Position numbers and translations under genes: made by a program. Below, piece after piece: positions 18,153 to 28,143 of a stretch of 64,000 nt of DNA (position 1 is its first letter; each line of letters begins with the position of its first letter). Source of the DNA: Planctomycetota bacterium (GTDB lineage: Bacteria > Planctomycetota > UBA11346); contig JBIILZ010000002.1 in assembly GCA_044338255.1 (NCBI GenBank), positions 23,043 through 87,042 on the forward strand, read 5' to 3'. Below the pieces are notes generated by a model. That model did no database searches, had not been told where the DNA came from, and saw only the letters and a list, made by a program, of their open reading frames with translations.

Positions 18153-21100
18153 ATGCCGCCGACCCCACCCCCAGCAGCGATAACGCGCCGACCTCGCCGT
18201 TGGCGGCGGTGGCTGCTGGTCACCGCGCTCATCGTCAGCACCCTGGGTGCCGCCGCCTGGGTGGTGCGTGAACGCTGGCTGGGGCCGTTGATCGCCCGCG
18301 CCGTGGTCCAAACGCTGCACGAAGAAATCGGCGGCCGCTGGTCCGTAGCGCGCGTCTCTGGGACCCTCATCAGCAACCTCCGCATCGAGGGCCTGACCGC
18401 CCTGGAGACCGCACCCGACAGCGTCCTCACCCAGGCCCACGTCGAGAGCATCACCTTCACCTATCGCTGGTGGCGCTTCTTCGGCACCGAGAAGCTGACC
18501 GCGATCGACGGCGTGGTCCTCGAGGACGTGGACCTGACCATCGACAGCGCAGCCACTGCCTCATCGGCGACCACTGCCGCCTCGGCGACCACTGCCGCCT
18601 CGGCGACCACCGCCGCATCGACGACCACCGCCACCCGCACATTTCCAACAATTCCCTGGGCGATGCCGATCAGCGCCACGGGCACAGTGACGGTGCTGAC
18701 TCCAGCAGGCACCCTCGAAGCCAACGAGTTGCACCTCGAAGGGCGGCTGGATCACCTGCAACTCGACGCGCATCTGCGCTTGGCGGGGCACCAGCTGGGA
18801 AAGCTGCGCCTTGCCGCCGAGCACCACGGCCCGCTACCGACCGCCGGTTGGAACCTCGACAGCCATGTGCAGGAAGCAGATGAGCCGCCGCTGCACCTGG
18901 CCGTCGCCGTGAGCGCCGCCACACCGCAGCTCAGCGCCACGCTCACCGCCGGTGAGGGCACCCGACTGACCTGCGCCACGGCTGCGCCAGGCGTGGTCTT
19001 CTCAGCCACCGGCGACGCCACCCGGCTGGCACCGGCACTGCGTCGCGTGAGCGCCGCCATCGGCGTGAGCTTGCCGAATAACGGCCGCGTCAGCCTCGAC
19101 GGTACGCGTGCCGATGACGGCACGGTGAGCATCGCCCACGGCCGCGTGGATCATCCTGCGATCACCGCCAATATCACCGCCGGCCGCTGGCACCCCGACA
19201 CCGGGCTCCTCAGCCTTGCTGACGGCGATGCCCAGATCCGACCCACATATCTGAAGCCGTCGCTCGCTCGCTATCTTGACGAAAAGGCCCTGCTCACGCT
19301 CCATGCCCAGGCCCGCGAGGGTCGTCTCGAGGTCCAGCTCACCAGCGCCGATCTGCCACTGCCGCTGAGCGCCGAAGCCCAGCTCGATGGTCACCTGGCC
19401 AGCGCGGCCTGGCGCAGCGCTGCGCTGCAGGTCCAGCTCACGGCGAGCGCTGACGGCGACAACCACTATCGCGCACAGCTCGGCCTCAATGGCAGCTGGG
19501 CGGCGCTACATGGCAACCTCAAGATTCAGGCCGCCCGGGTGATCGCGGGCACCTGGCAGGCCAACGACCTCGCCGCCCAGGCCCAGCTGACCATGACCGC
19601 CGCCGGTCAGCAACCCGCCCGCCTCGAAGGCCAATGGACGCTTACGGCGGCGGCCATCCGCGCCTCCCCGACCAAGGCCGACTGGAGTCTCGCCAGCAGC
19701 GGGCAGTTGCACGCCGACGAGCACGGCTTGCAGCTCGTGACCGAGATCACGACGCCGCTAGTGGCGCAGGCAACGCTCACTTCCGCGACGCCGTTCAGCG
19801 CCGATGGCGCCTGGCTGACGGGCTTCACCAGCACGCCGCTGGGCGGACAGTGGCAGCTCAGCGATCTCGATCTCGCGCAGGTCGCATCGCTGCTCCCCGA
19901 GCGCGTGCACCTCGATGGCCATGCCCGCGGTCATGGCGAACTCCAGGATCTCTGGCAACCGCAGAACTGGTCAGCTGTCCTCCACGCCGAGCACGTCAAC
20001 CTCGGCGGTCTGCCGCCGCTGCCGCCACTGCTCGACATCGAGGCGGCGATCACCGCCAGTCCGGCGGGGATCCTGATCAACACCCTCAGCGCCCGTGCCG
20101 GTGGCGGACAGGTGCAAGTCAGCGGCAGCCTGCCCCTGCCGCAGCAGGACGGTCCGCTGGCCTTGAACGTGGTCTGCAAGGATGCGTTGATCTTCCAACG
20201 TCCGGACGTGCGTCTGCGCGCCGATGCCGAGGTCCAGCTCACTGGCACCTGGGCGGCACCGGCCTTGAAGGGCGACGTCCATCTCACCGACCTGGTCGCG
20301 ACCACGCCGGTGTCGTGGTTCGGCGGCCGCGATCTGCCGGTAGTCGCTTCACCCTTCGAAGGCCTGAGCAGCTTGCCGCCGCCGTGGAACCTCATGCAGC
20401 TCGAGCTGCACCTCACCGGTGGCCAGGATCCCCGCAAGGCCCTCGAAATCCGCAACAATGTCGTGGTCGCCCGCCTGGCGATCGACGTCACCGTCGCCGG
20501 CAAGGTCCAACTGCCGGTCCCCAGCGGAGAGATCCTCTGCCGCAAGGGGCGCCTGGTCCTGCCGTTCTCGGCGTATGCCATCGACAGCGCGGCGTTGCGC
20601 TTCAATCCCGCCGATCCCTATGATCCGCTGATCGAGGCCAGCGCCTCGACGCAGGTCCAGGGCTATCTGATCACCGCCCAGATCAGCGGCACGCTGCGCC
20701 ATCCGCACGTCGATGTCAGCTCCTCGCCGCCGTTGGCGCCGGAAGATGCCCTGGTCCTCGCGAGCACCGGTCGGCTGCCGGCGGAGATGCGCCGCGATGG
20801 CACCTCGGCCTCGGCGATCAGCGTCGCCCTGCCCTTCGTCGGCCGGGAACTGCAGCGCTGGGTGCTCGGTGATGGCTTCGCCGATGATGGCGACAGCATC
20901 CTCGATCGCTTCGTCATCCGCTACGACGAAGAGCGCAGCCAACGCGGACTGCCCTCGGTGCGCGTGGAATATCAGCTCTACGATCCCTGGTATCTCTATG
21001 GTGAACGCGATCTCTACGAAGCCTACAACCTCGGCCTGATGTGGCGGTGGATCTTCGCCGATCCGGCGCGCGCCAAATCCACCAGGCCCGTCGAGGACGA

Positions 21101-23099
21101 ACGCGATGACGAGCCGATTGCCGATTGGCGCGTGGTCCCGGCTGCCGGCGTCGATCATCTCCCGGTCTCGGCGGGCAAGCTCCTCGCCACCGTCCCCGCC
21201 CGTCAACGCCGGGGCAGCGACGCCAATCAACCGGCGCAGATCGCCAGCGCCGCCCAACGCATGGTCGATCATCTGCAAGAGGCCGGCTATCCCGAGGCTC
21301 GGGTGCAACCGACGATCAGCACGATCCATCCCGAGCCCATCGAGTTCGCGGTCACCCCCGGCAATTCATGGACGATCACCGCGAGCCGCGTGCAGGGCGC
21401 GCCCACCGACCTGCTCGCGACCTTGGATGCGATCGTCGCCAAAGGTCTGCCGCGCGGCGCGGCGCCGACGCCGAGCGCCGAGATCGCCACCCGGGCGGCA
21501 TTACGCCAGGCCATGCGCAATGCCGGGTATGCCCTCGCGGAAGTGCGCAGCCAGATCGTGCGCGATCCGCAGGCAGAGGCCAACGCCCTGGTCACCATCA
21601 CCGTCGAACCCGGCCTGCATTACCGCTTCGCCACGCAAGCACCGACGATCACCGGCGAGCTCGACGACGCCATACGTTCGCGCCTGACCGAGACCTACCT
21701 AGCGGTGCAGGGGAAGGATTGGACCCGCCGCCGGGTCATCAATCTGCGCGCCCAATTGCTGCAGATCCTACACCTCGAAGGTTACACCTTCGCCCAGGTG
21801 GTGCTCACCGACGACGAACCGGCCCTGCTGCCCAACGTGCTCTGTAGCGTGCAGATCACTCCCGGAGCGCCGGTGATCGTCCAGGCCATCAACCTCAGTG
21901 GGTTCCATTACACCTCTCACGAGTATGTCCGCCATCGTCTGCAGCTGCCACTCGGCACGCCCCTGCGCGATGGCGAACCCGAGGCCGCACTCGGGCGCCT
22001 GCGCCGCAGTGGTGTCGCCCGCAGCGTGAAATCCACCGTCACTCCCGTGGGCCTGGCCCTGCCCGGCATGCAACCGGAGCTACAGCCCGCAGAGCTGAAC
22101 ATCATCGCCGAGGAAGCCCCGCCGCGCAGCGTCGAATTGGCGGCGGGCTACGGCAGCTACGAAGGCGCGCGCGGCAGCGCCCTCTACCGCGACAGCAACC
22201 TCTTCGGCTGGGGCCGCACCTGGGAGCTCGGCGGCGATCTCAGCCAGCGCAGCCAGGGCGCGCACACGCGCATCATCGATCATGATCTGCTCGGCATTCA
22301 ACGCATCCTCAGCGTCACCCTCAGCGGTGGCTGGCGCCAGGAGCCATCATTCGATCGTACCTCGTATGCCAGCGAGTTCAGCCTGCGCGCACCGCTCACC
22401 GATTGGCTCGATCTGCGTACCACCTACACCCTCGAAGCCGAGCGCGCCAGCGAACGTGCCGCCGTCGTCGACGACTCGCAGGATCAAGGCTTCGTGCTTA
22501 ATGGCGTGCTCAACACCAGTCTGCTGTGGGACGGGCGCGATGATCGGCAGCTGCCCACGCGGGGCGGCCTTGCCGAGGTCGGCTTCGGCATCTCCGACCC
22601 TGCGCTGGGCTCACAGATTTCGTACATCGAATGGTCGACGCGCCTGGGCTGGGTACTGCCGGTGGTCGATGAGCGCCTGATCCTGGCGACGCAGGTCGCG
22701 GGCATCGTACGCCGCATCACCGATGGCACCGACAACCTGCCCATCCAATATCGCCTGTTCCTCGGTGGCTCGACGACCGTGCGCTCCTTCGGCCTCAACG
22801 AGCTCAGTCCGGTGAGCGCCAATGGCGACGCCCTCGGCGGCCTCACCGCCGGCTATGCCAACGTCGAGTTACGCGCCAAGGTCTCAGGCAAATTCCATGT
22901 CGCGGCTTTCTATGATGTCGGCAAGGTCTCCGAACGCAGCTGGACCCTCGATGGAGCCCTCGGCCAAGCCCTCGGCGGTGGCCTGCGCTACCACCTGCCG
23001 ATCGGCCCCCTGCGCGTGGACGCGGCCTACAACCCCGGCGAACGCTGGGCCGCCGACCAGAGCTATGCCATCGAAGGAGCGATCGGATTCACCTTTTGA
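18153..23099 (+). CDS. TamB-like (AsmA-like/DUF490) protein fused to POTRA + Omp85 (TamA/BamA-like) beta-barrel
   Basis: Single 1648-aa ORF. N-terminal Arg-rich signal-anchor (RRWRRWLLVTALIVSTLGAAAWVV). DUF490-type C-terminal TamB block (LIEASASTQVQGYLITAQISGTLRHPHVDVSSSPPL...RVEYQLYDPWYLYGERDLYEAYNLGLMWRWIF). After an acidic linker come POTRA-like repeats and an Omp85 barrel (AAGYGSYEGARGSALYRDSNLFGWG...LFLGGSTTVRSFG...GGLRYHLPIGPLRVDAAYNP...AIGFTF). Confidence 0.8.
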   Translation: MPPTPPPAAITRRPRRWRRWLLVTALIVSTLGAAAWVVRERWLGPLIARAVVQTLHEEIGGRWSVARVSGTLISNLRIEGLTALETAPDSVLTQAHVESITFTYRWWRFFGTEKLTAIDGVVLEDVDLTIDSAATASSATTAASATTAASATTAASTTTATRTFPTIPWAMPISATGTVTVLTPAGTLEANELHLEGRLDHLQLDAHLRLAGHQLGKLRLAAEHHGPLPTAGWNLDSHVQEADEPPLHLAVAVSAATPQLSATLTAGEGTRLTCATAAPGVVFSATGDATRLAPALRRVSAAIGVSLPNNGRVSLDGTRADDGTVSIAHGRVDHPAITANITAGRWHPDTGLLSLADGDAQIRPTYLKPSLARYLDEKALLTLHAQAREGRLEVQLTSADLPLPLSAEAQLDGHLASAAWRSAALQVQLTASADGDNHYRAQLGLNGSWAALHGNLKIQAARVIAGTWQANDLAAQAQLTMTAAGQQPARLEGQWTLTAAAIRASPTKADWSLASSGQLHADEHGLQLVTEITTPLVAQATLTSATPFSADGAWLTGFTSTPLGGQWQLSDLDLAQVASLLPERVHLDGHARGHGELQDLWQPQNWSAVLHAEHVNLGGLPPLPPLLDIEAAITASPAGILINTLSARAGGGQVQVSGSLPLPQQDGPLALNVVCKDALIFQRPDVRLRADAEVQLTGTWAAPALKGDVHLTDLVATTPVSWFGGRDLPVVASPFEGLSSLPPPWNLMQLELHLTGGQDPRKALEIRNNVVVARLAIDVTVAGKVQLPVPSGEILCRKGRLVLPFSAYAIDSAALRFNPADPYDPLIEASASTQVQGYLITAQISGTLRHPHVDVSSSPPLAPEDALVLASTGRLPAEMRRDGTSASAISVALPFVGRELQRWVLGDGFADDGDSILDRFVIRYDEERSQRGLPSVRVEYQLYDPWYLYGERDLYEAYNLGLMWRWIFADPARAKSTRPVEDERDDEPIADWRVVPAAGVDHLPVSAGKLLATVPARQRRGSDANQPAQIASAAQRMVDHLQEAGYPEARVQPTISTIHPEPIEFAVTPGNSWTITASRVQGAPTDLLATLDAIVAKGLPRGAAPTPSAEIATRAALRQAMRNAGYALAEVRSQIVRDPQAEANALVTITVEPGLHYRFATQAPTITGELDDAIRSRLTETYLAVQGKDWTRRRVINLRAQLLQILHLEGYTFAQVVLTDDEPALLPNVLCSVQITPGAPVIVQAINLSGFHYTSHEYVRHRLQLPLGTPLRDGEPEAALGRLRRSGVARSVKSTVTPVGLALPGMQPELQPAELNIIAEEAPPRSVELAAGYGSYEGARGSALYRDSNLFGWGRTWELGGDLSQRSQGAHTRIIDHDLLGIQRILSVTLSGGWRQEPSFDRTSYASEFSLRAPLTDWLDLRTTYTLEAERASERAAVVDDSQDQGFVLNGVLNTSLLWDGRDDRQLPTRGGLAEVGFGISDPALGSQISYIEWSTRLGWVLPVVDERLILATQVAGIVRRITDGTDNLPIQYRLFLGGSTTVRSFGLNELSPVSANGDALGGLTAGYANVELRAKVSGKFHVAAFYDVGKVSERSWTLDGALGQALGGGLRYHLPIGPLRVDAAYNPGERWAADQSYAIEGAIGFTF
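18554..18625 (+). repeat. 18-nt in-frame tandem repeat x4 (encodes ATASSATTAASATTAASATTAAS)
   Basis: Units cactgcc(t/g)c(a/c)tcggcgac read directly. Located inside the N-terminal part of the TamB-like ORF. Confidence 0.9.
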
Positions 23100-23199
23100 C
23101 CCCAAGGGATTGGCAATATTCGCCCATGAGCCTGGCGGAGATTGGCCAGCAAGGCTGATTCGGTCTCGCCGAGCATCTCCGGCATTGCAGGATTTGAGG

Positions 23200-24351
23200 T
23201 CAACAGCAACTGCCACCCGCAGGGCAACAGGTGCCTCCAACCTGATAATCTAGCGGTAGGACACCGTTCTTGGTCTCGCTGGGGTGACGCAGTCGATGGC
23301 TATCGCAGATATACTGCGTCTGCTCGGCCTCGGGAATCGGGGCGTAGGGTGGCAGCCCGATGACCTGCGCCGCATAGGGCGCGCTGGTCAGCAGACGATA
23401 GGTCTTGGCGCAGACAGCGGTGCGTTCACCACGACGGAGGACATGGCCATCGTCGTCACGGACTTCGCTCCATGGCCCTGGATAGATCACCGCGTGATGG
23501 CCTTCGCGGCAGGGCCCCTGCTTGCCCTTGTAGGCCACCACCGTCACCGAACGGTATTCGATGCCGGCGACTACCTGCCAGGGCGCGGCATCGCGCTTTG
23601 CCAGCTGCACGCCATGGAATCCGGCATCGGCGAATGCCTGCAGGAAGCGATCTTCGCGGAAGGCACCGCTGATGCAGCCCGACCACAAGGTTGGGTCGGC
23701 CTGCTGCGCGAGCGGCACATCCTCGTCGCTGACGATGTCGGAGATGGCCACCCGGCCGCCGACCTTGACCACCCGGAAGAGTTCAGCGAACAGCGCGGCC
23801 CGCTGTTGGGGATCGACCAGGTTCAACACGCAATTGGACACCACCACATCGATGGAGGCATCACCGATCACCGGTGCGGTCCGCCGCAGACGTTCCTGTT
23901 CCGCCTCAAGGGCGAAGAGGTCTTCGCGACTGCGCACCGGATGCTGCGCCAGCCAGCCGTCGAGGGCTTCGAGATCGAGTGCCAGATCATGGATCGCACC
24001 GCAGCGAAACTCGGTGTTGGCGAAACCGATCTTAGCGGCGACCTGTGGTGCCGCGCCCCGGGCCAGAGCGAGCATGTCGCGATTGCGATCGACCCCGATG
24101 ACCTTGCCCGCCGCCCCGACGACCTGCGCGGCGATGAAGCAGATCTTCCCGCCCCCGCTGCCGAGATCGAGCACGGTGTCACCCGCTTGCACGAAGGTCG
24201 ACGGGTCCCCGCAGCCGTAGTCGCGGTCGAGGATCTCCTGGGGAATTGCCTTCAGCCAGCGCGGGTCGTAGGTCACCGGGCAGCACAGCGCGGCCTCGAC
24301 GGACTTGGAGGCGGCACCATAGCGGTCTTGGACGGCAAGGGTCTGATTCAT
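23200..24351 (-). CDS. arsM: ArsM-type SAM-dependent (arsenite) methyltransferase, rSAM-cluster-associated
   Basis: SAM fold VLDLGSGGGKICF...VIGVDRN...VVSNCVLNLV. Cys positions resemble As(III)-binding sites of ArsM/AS3MT (ALCCPV, DYGCGDP, WSGCISGAF), and the tail is Cys-rich (TCCPAGGSCC). The ATG overlaps the upstream GT2 stop (ATGA). Confidence 0.7.
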   Translation of the reverse strand: MNQTLAVQDRYGAASKSVEAALCCPVTYDPRWLKAIPQEILDRDYGCGDPSTFVQAGDTVLDLGSGGGKICFIAAQVVGAAGKVIGVDRNRDMLALARGAAPQVAAKIGFANTEFRCGAIHDLALDLEALDGWLAQHPVRSREDLFALEAEQERLRRTAPVIGDASIDVVVSNCVLNLVDPQQRAALFAELFRVVKVGGRVAISDIVSDEDVPLAQQADPTLWSGCISGAFREDRFLQAFADAGFHGVQLAKRDAAPWQVVAGIEYRSVTVVAYKGKQGPCREGHHAVIYPGPWSEVRDDDGHVLRRGERTAVCAKTYRLLTSAPYAAQVIGLPPYAPIPEAEQTQYICDSHRLRHPSETKNGVLPLDYQVGGTCCPAGGSCC

Positions 24352-25094
24352 GGTGATTCCGTGATTCGATCTGTTTTCAACGGTGATTGCGCTGGCGACG
24401 GCAGAGGTACCAGGCGATAGCGCAGAATGGTGGTGATGATGGCCCAGCCGGCTTTGAATACCGGCAGGATGCGGCCGCTGATTTTCGACTCGCCGGCGGT
24501 GCGAACTTTCGCGTCGACCGCCAGCTCGCCATAGCGCAGCCCGAGTCGCAACGCCTTGGTCTGCATCTCTGCCGTCCAGCCGAAGGTGCGATCCTGCATG
24601 GCGAGCCTGGCCAGGGCCGCACAGCTGATGCAGCGGAACGGGCCAAGATCGGTGACGCGCCGCCAGAACAGCAGCCGCAAGAGCAGCGTGGCGACGAGGT
24701 TGCCGGCCAGTTGCGGTGGCGTGAGGGCACCGGGCTCACGTTGGCCGAGTGCGCGGCTACCGATGTGCAGGTCGAGCAGGCCGATCACGACCGGGCTGCA
24801 GAGCGCTTCCAGACGTGACAGATCATCGGCGCCATCCGCATCGCAGAAGACCACCGCCACGGCGTCTGCCGGAACCGCCGCTAGGCCAGCTAGGCAAGCC
24901 GCGCCATAGCCACGTTGCAGCGCTGGTACCACCTGCGCGCCGGCGGCGCGCGCGACCTCGGCCGTGCGATCCGTGCTACCATTATCGGCGACGATCACGG
25001 TACCAATACCAGCAGCCAGCAGGCGCGTGACCACCGGCGTGAGTGAGCCCTCTTCATTCCAGGCAGGGATAACGGCGATGACGGAAGCGAGCAT
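24348..25094 (-). CDS. family-2 glycosyltransferase, 'transferase 2, rSAM/selenodomain-associated' type
   Basis: VIAVIPAWNEEGSL...VIVADNGSTDRTAEVARAAGAQVV...VVFCDADG (GT-A DxD). Its position next to ArsS/ArsM-type genes fits the TIGR04283 family as I recall it. Confidence 0.7.
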   Translation of the reverse strand: MLASVIAVIPAWNEEGSLTPVVTRLLAAGIGTVIVADNGSTDRTAEVARAAGAQVVPALQRGYGAACLAGLAAVPADAVAVVFCDADGADDLSRLEALCSPVVIGLLDLHIGSRALGQREPGALTPPQLAGNLVATLLLRLLFWRRVTDLGPFRCISCAALARLAMQDRTFGWTAEMQTKALRLGLRYGELAVDAKVRTAGESKISGRILPVFKAGWAIITTILRYRLVPLPSPAQSPLKTDRITESP

Positions 25095-25182
25095 GCTTGC
25101 ACTCTAGTGCCCCGGCTCGACAAAAGTAAGTGCCCAACACCGATCATCGTGCTGCGTAGCGTAGCGATGGAGCTGATTCCCT

Positions 25183-26133
25183 ATGTATGCACCCGTAGCA
25201 ACCGCACTTCCTTGGCTTGAGCCGGTTCTGCGCCAACCGTTGACTACATTGCAATTGAACCTCGGTCGTTTCTGCAATCTGGCCTGCACCCATTGCCACG
25301 TCGAGGCCGGGCCCAAACGCACCGAGATGATGAGCGCAGAGGTACAGACGCGGGTGGCGGACTGGATCACCACGCATCGACCGCCGATTGTGGATCTGAC
25401 GGGTGGAGCCCCGGAGCTGATTCCTGGATTCCGTGACCTCGTGCGGACGGCGCGTGCGGCCGGGGCGCAGGTCATCGATCGTTGCAATCTGGCGGTCTTG
25501 CAGGAATCCGGGCAAGAGGATCTGGCCGAATTCCTGGCCGCTAATCAGGTCCATGTAGTCGCGAGCATGCCGTGCTATCTGGCCGAAAATGTCGACCGGC
25601 AACGGGGCAAGGGTACCTACGACCGCTCCATCCAAGGTCTCCAGCGGCTCAATGCCGTCGGTTATGGCCGCGCCCCCGACCTGCCTTTGCACCTGGTCTA
25701 CAATCCGGGTGGGGCAGCGCTGCCCCCGGCCCAGGAATCTTTGGAAGCTGATTACCGTACGCGGTTGAAGGCCGATTGGGACATCGATTTCACTGGTTTA
25801 TGGTGCCTGGCGAATGTCCCCATCAAACGCTTCCGCCGCTTTCTTGAGGCCGCCGGCAAGCTCGCGCTCTATGAGGACAAACTGCGGGCAGCATACAATC
25901 CCGCGACGCTCGCGGGCCTGATGTGCCGCACCACGCTCAGCGTCGACCACACCGGCACGCTCTACGATTGCGATTTCAATCTGGCCTGCGATCTGCCGCT
26001 CTCGGATCAGCCGGCGCAGCATCTGTGGGACATCCTTCCCGCGGCGCTGACGTCGCAGCCGATCGCCATGCGTGCGCATTGCCTGGCCTGCACGGCCGGT
26101 TGCGGCTCCAGCTGCACCGGGGCCGTCGCGTGA
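25183..26133 (+). CDS. arsS: radical SAM/Cys-rich-domain protein, ArsS type (arsenosugar-biosynthesis rSAM family)
   Basis: TLQLNLGRFCNLACTHCHVEAGP (CX3CX2C), LTGGAPEL, and the C-terminal Cys-rich domain ...LMCRTTLSVDHTGTLYDCDFN...HCLACTAGCGSSCTG. This is the architecture of TIGR04167. Here Cys sits where some homologues carry Sec. Confidence 0.8.
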   Translation: MYAPVATALPWLEPVLRQPLTTLQLNLGRFCNLACTHCHVEAGPKRTEMMSAEVQTRVADWITTHRPPIVDLTGGAPELIPGFRDLVRTARAAGAQVIDRCNLAVLQESGQEDLAEFLAANQVHVVASMPCYLAENVDRQRGKGTYDRSIQGLQRLNAVGYGRAPDLPLHLVYNPGGAALPPAQESLEADYRTRLKADWDIDFTGLWCLANVPIKRFRRFLEAAGKLALYEDKLRAAYNPATLAGLMCRTTLSVDHTGTLYDCDFNLACDLPLSDQPAQHLWDILPAALTSQPIAMRAHCLACTAGCGSSCTGAVA

Positions 26134-26170
26134 TTCCAGGAAAACGGTGTCCCCGCGGCGGCGTCACAGC

Positions 26171-27505
26171 GTGATCGCTAACGGCCTACGGTCTTGGTGG
26201 CCCCTTATTCCGGCGGGTCTCGCGGCCCTCCTCGCGCTCGCGGTGCTGGCTGTCCAGGCGGGCTCATGGCGCGAGCAACCCGTGCTTTTCGCTAGTTGCG
26301 CCGTGGGTCTCGGCGCAGCGATGCTGGCGGGTTTGGCGGTGGTACGCCATCGTGACGTCGGACCGCTCGGGCTCGCATGGATCCTCGTCGTCGGGGTGGC
26401 GTTGCTCGGAATGGGTCTGCGCATCGCCCCGTCTGATGATGTCTTCCGCTACGTCGTCGAAGGACGTCAGCTGCTGGCGGGACAGAATCCGTTTTCGATT
26501 CCTCCTGCCGCTCCCCAGGCGCAGGCCCTCGTTGAGCCAGCGATCAGCGCCGGGGTCAACCATCCGGAAATGACCGCCATCTATCCCCCTCTGGCCCTGG
26601 GTCTGCATGCCGCGGTGGAGGGGTTCTCACCTGGCGTGCGCGGTTTCCAGGTGCTTGCCGGCGTCCTTGCGCTGGCCTGCCTGGGAGTGGCGACATGGCT
26701 GCTGCGTCGCCTGGGACGTGATCCAGCACTCATCCTGGCCGCGGCGTGGAATCCCGTCCTGCCGCTCTTTGTCGCGGGTGAAGGCCACCATGACATCGCG
26801 ATGGCTTTGCTGATGTTGCTGGCGTTGACTACCGCCTGCGTGGCGCGGCCGTGGCCGGCCGTGCTGGCCACCGGGGCTGCCTGCCTGGTGAAGCCATTCG
26901 CGTTGGCGCTGGTGCCCGCGTTGATGCCGAGCGTGGGCTGGCGGCGATGGCTGATCCTACCTTTAATTGCCGTGCTCGCCTATCTGCCGTTCGCCGGTGC
27001 CGGTATGGGTATGGTGGGTAGCCTGATGGTGTACGGGGGAGAGCGTCACTTCCACGGCGTCCTCGATCCCTACCTGCGCGATGGCTTGCGGATGGTGGTG
27101 TCACCAGCCGCACTGGAGCGGTCGATCCGCGTCCTCCTGGTCGTCCTGCTGCTGAGTGGTGGATGGCTAGTGCAGCGACGCATGGCCGGTCGGCCATTGC
27201 CGGAACGCGCGGTTGCGTTCACCGTCGTGATGTTCCTCTGTCTGCCGACGATGCATCCGTGGTACCTGGTTGCGCTGGTGGTGTTGCTGCCGTTTTCCCG
27301 TTCATGGGCGTTGCCATTGTGGACCGCCGGAGCCGGCATCTATTGGCTGCATGGGATGCGCATACTCGACACCGGTGCGTGGATCGAGACGCGGTGGGTC
27401 ACGGCCCTCGCGCATCTGCCGGCGCTGGCGCTGCTCGCCTGGGAATGTCGAACGAAGGGCAGCCGCATCACCCGCCATCCGCTCACGCAGGTAGCGCATG
27501 ACTGA
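26171..27505 (+). CDS. polytopic membrane protein, GT-C/DUF2029-like glycosyltransferase candidate
   Basis: Many predicted TM helices. First-loop acidic motif SDDVFRYVVEGRQLLAGQNPFSIPP is typical of GT-C/DUF2029-like enzymes. Start moved to the in-frame GTG at 26171, just after the arsS stop (the ORF track starts at 26072, inside arsS). Confidence 0.5.
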   Translation: MIANGLRSWWPLIPAGLAALLALAVLAVQAGSWREQPVLFASCAVGLGAAMLAGLAVVRHRDVGPLGLAWILVVGVALLGMGLRIAPSDDVFRYVVEGRQLLAGQNPFSIPPAAPQAQALVEPAISAGVNHPEMTAIYPPLALGLHAAVEGFSPGVRGFQVLAGVLALACLGVATWLLRRLGRDPALILAAAWNPVLPLFVAGEGHHDIAMALLMLLALTTACVARPWPAVLATGAACLVKPFALALVPALMPSVGWRRWLILPLIAVLAYLPFAGAGMGMVGSLMVYGGERHFHGVLDPYLRDGLRMVVSPAALERSIRVLLVVLLLSGGWLVQRRMAGRPLPERAVAFTVVMFLCLPTMHPWYLVALVVLLPFSRSWALPLWTAGAGIYWLHGMRILDTGAWIETRWVTALAHLPALALLAWECRTKGSRITRHPLTQVAHD

Positions 27506-28133
27506 TCCGACCCTGGTCATCATCGCCAAGCCGCCGGTACTCGGTCTGGTGAAGTCACGTCTTGCCGCCGGCATCGGCGCGGAGGACGCACTCGCGGTCT
27601 ATCGGCACTTGCTCGCCATCGTGGCGCGCACGGCCGCTGCCTGGACGGGTCCGGTGCTGCTGTCCGCCCAGCACCTCGACGGATGGCATGGCACCGGACT
27701 TGAACATCTGCCACGCCAGCTGCAGCCGCCTGTCGACCTCGGGGGTCGTATCGGCGCGGCCTTGCGTTGGGGTCTGACCCTGGCGCCGACAGCCGTGGCC
27801 ATCGGCACCGATTGTCCAGGTCTGACGCCTGCGCACGTGCGCGACGTCGCTGCGGGCCTGGACGATGCCCCGCTGGCGTTCGGTCCGGCAATGGATGGCG
27901 GTTATTGGGCGATTGGAGCCTCAGCGGGCGCCCCGCTCGATCTGGTGTGTGCCGCCGATCTGCCGTGGTCGACGCCCCGTCTGCTGGCGGTCACGCGTCA
28001 GCGCTTGCAAGGGGTTGGCCTGACGTGGCACGAAGGCCCGACGCTCGCGGATTGCGACGATCGAGCCGATCTGGAGGCCGCCATCGCCGAGGGTCTCCTG
28101 AAATGGCCAAGCACCGGGCTGTCAGCTCCGTAG
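27498..28133 (+). CDS. DUF2064-type transferase, 'transferase 1, rSAM/selenodomain-associated' type
   Basis: LVIIAKPPVLGLVKSRLAAGIGAEDALAVYRHLL...IGTDCPGLTPAHV...GPAMDGGYWAIG matches the DUF2064/TIGR04282 pattern. Overlaps the upstream gene by 8 nt. Confidence 0.7.
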   Translation: MTDPTLVIIAKPPVLGLVKSRLAAGIGAEDALAVYRHLLAIVARTAAAWTGPVLLSAQHLDGWHGTGLEHLPRQLQPPVDLGGRIGAALRWGLTLAPTAVAIGTDCPGLTPAHVRDVAAGLDDAPLAFGPAMDGGYWAIGASAGAPLDLVCAADLPWSTPRLLAVTRQRLQGVGLTWHEGPTLADCDDRADLEAAIAEGLLKWPSTGLSAP

Positions 28134-28143
28134 AGCGTTGACC

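Noticed and set aside
26080-26133. Possible selenocysteine recoding at the C-terminal Cys-rich motif of the ArsS-type protein.
   Set aside because: Some family members carry Sec there, but this gene has ordinary Cys codons in AGCGSSCTG. The TGA at 26131 follows a plausible C-terminus, and no SECIS-like hairpin was apparent downstream.
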